Positions 58,965 through 64,000 of a stretch of 64,000 nucleotides of DNA are shown here, one piece after another. Every line of letters starts with the position of its first letter. Position 1 is the first letter of the stretch. A program made the translations under genes and the position numbers. This DNA comes from Chthoniobacterales bacterium (GTDB taxonomy: Bacteria > Verrucomicrobiota > Verrucomicrobiia > Chthoniobacterales > Chthoniobacteraceae). The DNA is taken from the NCBI GenBank assembly GCA_038207335.1, contig JBBQZX010000019.1, positions 1 to 64,000 of the forward strand. Direction: 5' to 3'. The notes under the pieces are model-generated. The model saw only the letters and a list, made by a program, of their open reading frames with translations, ran no database searches and was not told where the DNA came from.

Positions 58965-59819
58965 ATGGGCCGGATTTTCATCGCGGGCTGTGGATTCGTC
59001 GGGCTCGAGGCAGCGCGGCTTTTCCAGGAGGCGGGATGGGAGGTGGTCGGTGGGACGCATTCCGCGGAGTCGGTGGCGCGGCTCGCGGGGGAGCCGTTTC
59101 CGGTCGTCGCGGCGGATATTTCGAATCGCGATGATGTCGCGCGAATCGAGAAGGGAAACGGGTTCGATGCTGTGGTGCATTGCGCGAGCAGTGGTCGAGG
59201 CGGGGCGGATGCGTATCGCGCGGTATATCTCGAGGGGGTGCGAAATCTCGCGGAAATCCTCGCGCCGCCCGTCCTGCTTTTTACGAGCAGCACGTCGGTT
59301 TATGCGCAGACCGGCGGGGAATGGGTGACTGAAGAAAGCGCTGCCGAGCCAGGGCGTGAAACGGGACGTGTGCTGCGTGAAACGGAAACATTGGTGCTCG
59401 AAAGGGGTGGGGTTGTTGCGCGGTTGGGCGGAATTTACGGCCCTGCGCGCTCGGTGCTGTTGAGGAAGTTTTTCAACGGTGAGGCGGTGATCGAAGGCAA
59501 GGGGACGCGTTGGATCAATCAGGCGCATCGCGACGACATCGCGTCGGCGCTGCGGCGTCTCGTCGAGCGCGACCAGCGCGGCATTTTCAATGTCTGCGAC
59601 GACGAACCGTTGCAGCAGTGCGCGCTTTATGAATGGCTTGCGCAACGCTTCGACCGCGGGCTTCCGCCGCGCGGCGAGGTCGATCCGAATCGCAAACGCG
59701 GCGTCACGAACAAACGCGTGAGCAATTCGAAATTGCGCGCGCTCGGCTGGCAGCCGCGGTTCCCGTCGTTCTGCGATGCGGTGGAAAACGATCCGCGGAT
59801 ACTTCCCGAGTTCGAGTGA
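58965..59819 (+). CDS. NAD-dependent epimerase/dehydratase (atypical SDR)
   Basis: IAGCGFVG, TSSTSVY, RLGGIYGP, NKRVSN. Confidence 0.88.
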   Translation: MGRIFIAGCGFVGLEAARLFQEAGWEVVGGTHSAESVARLAGEPFPVVAADISNRDDVARIEKGNGFDAVVHCASSGRGGADAYRAVYLEGVRNLAEILAPPVLLFTSSTSVYAQTGGEWVTEESAAEPGRETGRVLRETETLVLERGGVVARLGGIYGPARSVLLRKFFNGEAVIEGKGTRWINQAHRDDIASALRRLVERDQRGIFNVCDDEPLQQCALYEWLAQRFDRGLPPRGEVDPNRKRGVTNKRVSNSKLRALGWQPRFPSFCDAVENDPRILPEFE

Positions 59820-60012
59820 GTGCAGATGCGATGTCGGGTCGGGCAATGGGTGCGGCCTTGGCAAAAGGTGAATTTTGTAGCTGGGATCGTTGATCCCGGC
59901 GAGGAGCCGTATCCGGGACTGGCCAGTCGCCGTGATCACCGATCCCTGCTACAACGGCGCGGTTGGCTCGCGTTCTACTTTCGTGGTTCAACTTCCTCCC
60001 ACTTTTCCGCCC

Positions 60013-61632
60013 ATGAAACTCCGCTCTCTCCCCGCCGCTTTCGTTGTCGTTTTCTGCTTCTCCATTTCCTCCGCGCGGGCGCCCGAGAAGTGGGTGTATC
60101 TCGCCACGAATCTGCTCGTGGACAAAAATGTCGATGACGCGGAGACGCTTATGAAACGGGCTTCGGCGGCCGGTTACACGCATCTGCTGCTTCACGATTC
60201 GAAGTTCTCGCGGCTCGGGGAACTCGACGCGCGCTATTTTAAAAACATCGAGCGCATGAAGCGCATTTCGGCGGAGACGAGGATCGAAATCGTGCCGGCG
60301 GTTTTCTCGATCGGATATTCGAATGACTTGCTCAGCATCGACCCGAATCTAGTCGAAGGCTTGCCGGTGAAAAATCTGCCGATGATCGTGAAAGATGGCG
60401 TGGCGCACGTGGACGATCCTCAGCCGCCAAAACTGCCGGGAGGTGACTTTTCCGACCTGAAATACTGGAGCTGGAAAGATCCGAACATCGTCGCGGAAAA
60501 TGGCGCGGCGCGGCTGACGAACCCCGATGGCAAAAACGCGCGGATTGTGCAAAACCTCGAAGTAAAGCCGTTTCGGCAGTATCACGTCTCGGTGCGCGTG
60601 AAGACGCAAGACTTTCACGGGAAGCCGGAGGTGAAGGCGCTCGCGGAGAAAAAGGGGCAGCTCAACTGGGAGGATCTCGGCGTGAAATCGACGCAGGACT
60701 GGACCGTGCATCACGCGGTTTTCAATTCGTTCGACACTCACGAGGTCGCCCTCTTTTTCGGCGTCTGGGGGGGGACGACGGGGTCGCTTTGGTGGGACGA
60801 TGCGAAGATCGAAGAGGTGGCCTTTTCGAACCTGATACGCCGCGATGGAGCGCCGCTGACGGTGACGACGGCGGATGGGAAACCGCTCGTCGAGGGACGC
60901 GATTTTGAAAGGCTCGATGACCCGAAGATGGGTCAGCATCCTTGGCACGGCGAGTTCGACACGTTTCACGAACCACCGCTTTTGAAGACGAAATTGCCGG
61001 ACGGAACGAAGCTGCTGGTGAGCTATTTTCACGCGGCGACGATATACGAACATCAGGCGTCGATCTGCCCAAGCGAGCCGAAGACGATGGACCTGCTACG
61101 CGATCAGGCGAAGCGAATGCACGCGGCTTGGGGCGCGAAGGGCTACATGATGTCGCACGATGAGGTGCGCGTATTGAATTGGGATAAGTCGTGCACGGAT
61201 CGGCATCTGACGCCGGGCGAGATTTTGGCTGACAATGTGAAGCAGTGCTCGGGGATCCTGCGCGAGGTGAATCCGGGCGGGCGCGTTTACGTGTGGAGCG
61301 ACATGTTCGATCCGAATCACAACGCTGTGAATGGGCCTTACTATTTAGTGAATGGCGACTTGCGCGGATCGTGGAAGGGGATCGACGAGGATGTGATCGT
61401 GCTGCCGTGGTATTTTGAAAAGCGCGCGGAGAGTCTGAAATTTTTCGCGGAGCGCGGGAACAAGCAGGTCGTCGCGGGATACTACGACAGCAAGCCGGCG
61501 CGGGTGGCGGAGTGGCTGAGCGCGGCGAAGGCGGTGCCGGGGTCGGTGATCGGGGTGATGTACACGACGTGGCAGAACAAGTATGGGGACTTGGAGAAAT
61601 TCAGCGCGGCGGTGGATGCGGCGGTGAAGTGA
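60013..61632 (+). CDS. Secreted putative glycoside hydrolase (TIM barrel with inserted CBM-like domain)
   Basis: Signal peptide; CBM-like segment ([10 protein letters not shown]...LWWDD); [21 protein letters not shown] reminiscent of GH20-type barrels. Confidence 0.55.
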   Translation: MKLRSLPAAFVVVFCFSISSARAPEKWVYLATNLLVDKNVDDAETLMKRASAAGYTHLLLHDSKFSRLGELDARYFKNIERMKRISAETRIEIVPAVFSIGYSNDLLSIDPNLVEGLPVKNLPMIVKDGVAHVDDPQPPKLPGGDFSDLKYWSWKDPNIVAENGAARLTNPDGKNARIVQNLEVKPFRQYHVSVRVKTQDFHGKPEVKALAEKKGQLNWEDLGVKSTQDWTVHHAVFNSFDTHEVALFFGVWGGTTGSLWWDDAKIEEVAFSNLIRRDGAPLTVTTADGKPLVEGRDFERLDDPKMGQHPWHGEFDTFHEPPLLKTKLPDGTKLLVSYFHAATIYEHQASICPSEPKTMDLLRDQAKRMHAAWGAKGYMMSHDEVRVLNWDKSCTDRHLTPGEILADNVKQCSGILREVNPGGRVYVWSDMFDPNHNAVNGPYYLVNGDLRGSWKGIDEDVIVLPWYFEKRAESLKFFAERGNKQVVAGYYDSKPARVAEWLSAAKAVPGSVIGVMYTTWQNKYGDLEKFSAAVDAAVK

Positions 61633-61714
61633 GGCGGTGGCGCACGGGTCCGGCGCATTGGTAGCGCGCCTGCGTTCTCGACCTCGCACGGCGCTTCTGC
61701 TCAACTCGGCGCCC

Positions 61715-63079
61715 ATGCCATACACCACCTGCACCCCGCCCGACGGCGGCAAGATTTCCATCACGCGCGGCCAACTCAATGTGCCCGCAAACCCTGTCGT
61801 TCCCTTCATCCGCGGTGATGGGACGGGGCCGGACATCTGGGCGGCGAGTGTTCGCGTTTTCGATGCGGCGGTGGAAAAGGCGTACGGCGGCGAGCGGAAA
61901 ATCGCGTGGTTCGAGGTGTTCGCCGGCGAGGCTGCGAAGACCAAATTCGACAACTGGCTGCCGGATGACACGGTCGATGCGTTCAGGGAATATCTCGTCG
62001 GGATCAAGGGTCCGCTCACGACGCCGATCGGCGGCGGCATCCGCTCGCTGAATGTCGCGTTGCGGCAGCTGCTCGACCTCTACGTCTGTCTGCGGCCGGT
62101 GCAGTATTTCAAAGGCGTTCCGTCGCCGGTGAAGCGCCCGGAACTCGTGGACATGGTGATTTTTCGCGAAAACACGGAGGACATTTACGCTGGGATCGAG
62201 TTCGCCGGAGGCACGCCGGAGTCGGCGAAAATGCTCGCGTTCTTGGAGGAAAACTTCCCGAAGGATTTCGCGAAGATCCGCTTCGGCACAAGTGCGGCGG
62301 TCGTTGATTACATGAAGCAGGCGGCGCCGGAGCATACGATGGAGAATTACCCGCCGACGGTCGGCATCGGCATTAAACCGGTGTCGCAAGTCGGCACGAT
62401 CCGGCTCATCAAGGCGGCGATCCAGTACGCGCTTGATCAGGGCCGCAAGTCGGTGACAATCGTCCACAAGGGGAACATCATGAAGTACACCGAGGGGGCG
62501 TTTCGCGACTGGGGATACGCGGCGGCGGAGCGGATTTTCGGGGACAAAGTTTATACTTGGGCGCAGTGGGAGCGGACGAAAAAGGAGAAGGGCGAGCCTG
62601 CCGCGAACGACGAGCAGAAGGCCGCGCTCGCCGCCGGACGCGTGCTGCTGAAGGACTCGATCGCGGACATCACGCTCCAGCAGGTGCTCACGCGTCCGAC
62701 CGATTTCGAGGTGATCGCGACGTTGAATTTGAACGGAGATTACCTCTCCGACGCGCTCGCCGCGCAGGTTGGCGGCATTGGCATCGCGCCGGGCGGAAAT
62801 ATTAACTACGTGACCGGCCACGCGATCTTCGAGGCCACGCACGGTACAGCGCCGAAATATGCCAACAAAGACGTGGTGAATCCCGGATCCGTCGTGCTTA
62901 GCGGCGAGATGATGCTGCGGTACACGGGCTGGAATGAGGCCGCGGACTTGATCTTAAAGGGCCTCAATGGTGCGATCGGCAGCAAGCGCGTGACGTATGA
63001 TTTTGCGCGGCAGATGGACGGCGCGACCGAGATCAAATGCTCGGAATTCGGCGACAACATCATCGCGCACATGGCGTGA
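61715..63079 (+). CDS. icd: NADP-dependent isocitrate dehydrogenase
   Basis: [55 protein letters not shown]. Confidence 0.97.
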   Translation: MPYTTCTPPDGGKISITRGQLNVPANPVVPFIRGDGTGPDIWAASVRVFDAAVEKAYGGERKIAWFEVFAGEAAKTKFDNWLPDDTVDAFREYLVGIKGPLTTPIGGGIRSLNVALRQLLDLYVCLRPVQYFKGVPSPVKRPELVDMVIFRENTEDIYAGIEFAGGTPESAKMLAFLEENFPKDFAKIRFGTSAAVVDYMKQAAPEHTMENYPPTVGIGIKPVSQVGTIRLIKAAIQYALDQGRKSVTIVHKGNIMKYTEGAFRDWGYAAAERIFGDKVYTWAQWERTKKEKGEPAANDEQKAALAAGRVLLKDSIADITLQQVLTRPTDFEVIATLNLNGDYLSDALAAQVGGIGIAPGGNINYVTGHAIFEATHGTAPKYANKDVVNPGSVVLSGEMMLRYTGWNEAADLILKGLNGAIGSKRVTYDFARQMDGATEIKCSEFGDNIIAHMA

Positions 63080-63122
63080 ACGAGGGGCGTGCTGTAGAGT
63101 TTGCGGCGCCACGAGATTGAGT

Positions 63123-64000
63123 ATGGATCCATTAGAGCACGACGACCCTTTCCTTAAAGTGGAGGAGTCTCTCGTGGCATTCCGAAAAGGAGCGAATTAC
63201 CCAACGCCGTGGCAGAGGAAGACGATGTGGACGTCGCTCGCGACGCTTGCGGTTGTGGCGATTGGCGCGGTGGCGGTTGGGCTGATTTGGCTGACTTCGC
63301 ATGTGTTAGGATTTCTCCAGCCGATCCTCATCCCGTTCGCAGTCGCGGCGGTGATGGCGTACTTGCTCGAGCCGGTCGTTGAGCGACTGGTAAAGTGGGG
63401 TGCATCACGGAGCCGCGCGGTTCTCTACGTGTTTGCGGTCGTTTCGATCGCGTTCGCGGGCGTCCTGCTGTGGGTCATTCCGACCGTCTCCGCCGAGGCT
63501 GTGCAGCTCGCGCGAAAGTTCCCGGGGCTCACACAGGACGCGCAGCGGATGGTCACGAAATTTGCGAACGAGATTCGGCAAAAATACAACGTCCAAATCC
63601 TGCCAGATTTCCCGCCACCTGAGTCCGCACCGGCGGTTGCGGGGACTTCCGAATCACCCGCGCCCGCGCCAGCGGCTCCGCAACCCTCTTCGGCACAGGG
63701 AACGGCGGCGGCAGAGCCTACGGTTACGCCGGCAAAAGTCACGGCTGCTACGGATTTGGAGCAGCCGTTCGATTACCAGCAGTTCCTCTCTGGCGACTGG
63801 CTTCGCACCGCGCTGCCGACGGTGATCGCGAAACTCTGGAGTTTCATCCGCGGCAGTGTCGGCGGATTTCTCGGCGTCTTCGGATTCCTGCTGAGCATGG
63901 TGATCGTACCGATCTATCTTTTCTATTTTCTCATCGAGAGTCGGAACATCCAGGAATCGTGGGACGACTATCTGCCGTTGCGCGCGTCGCATTTCAAAGA
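63123..64000 (+). CDS. AI-2E family transporter (partial, runs off the window)
   Basis: Open frame not in the ORF track: ...LQPILIPFAVAAVMAYLLEPVVERL...IVPIYLFYFL..., with an internal Pro/Ala-rich linker. Confidence 0.8.
   Translation, partial: MDPLEHDDPFLKVEESLVAFRKGANYPTPWQRKTMWTSLATLAVVAIGAVAVGLIWLTSHVLGFLQPILIPFAVAAVMAYLLEPVVERLVKWGASRSRAVLYVFAVVSIAFAGVLLWVIPTVSAEAVQLARKFPGLTQDAQRMVTKFANEIRQKYNVQILPDFPPPESAPAVAGTSESPAPAPAAPQPSSAQGTAAAEPTVTPAKVTAATDLEQPFDYQQFLSGDWLRTALPTVIAKLWSFIRGSVGGFLGVFGFLLSMVIVPIYLFYFLIESRNIQESWDDYLPLRASHFK

Overview
High-GC bacterial chromosomal segment, most likely Verrucomicrobiota (inferred from PEP-CTERM, DUF1501/DUF1552/DUF1553/DUF1592 and planctomycete-type cytochrome c genes). 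From left to right: (1) a decayed left end with a frameshifted pheA fragment, an attC-like hairpin and a frameshifted glycosyltransferase; (2) a PEP-CTERM gene with a DUF1592/DUF1552 pair; (3) an ECF sigma pseudogene and a CHAP/NlpC-like gene; (4) a C30-carotenoid operon (crtN, aldH, crtP, acyltransferase, crtQ; no crtM) divergent from a carH/litR-SRPBCC-class II photolyase-MFS unit, with visible 11-bp-spaced operator repeats; (5) csbD and a ThuA-like gene; (6) tRNA-Ala(GGC) followed by a ~9.85-kb decaying island bounded by a perfect 16-bp att repeat; (7) a four-gene ECF module of fasciclin, a soluble anti-sigma-domain/PAS fusion, a SigK-like sigma and a small membrane protein, which share a candidate promoter motif that also occurs before csbD; (8) a sugar-related block (DUF6797, rhaM, LacI, DUF1553/DUF1501, two glycoside hydrolases); (9) housekeeping genes (clpP, tig, a phospholipid operon, icd) and a partial AI-2E transporter. 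The best candidate for an undescribed system is the anti-sigma-PAS/SigK-like/fasciclin module. All family assignments come from motif recognition by eye; no searches were run.
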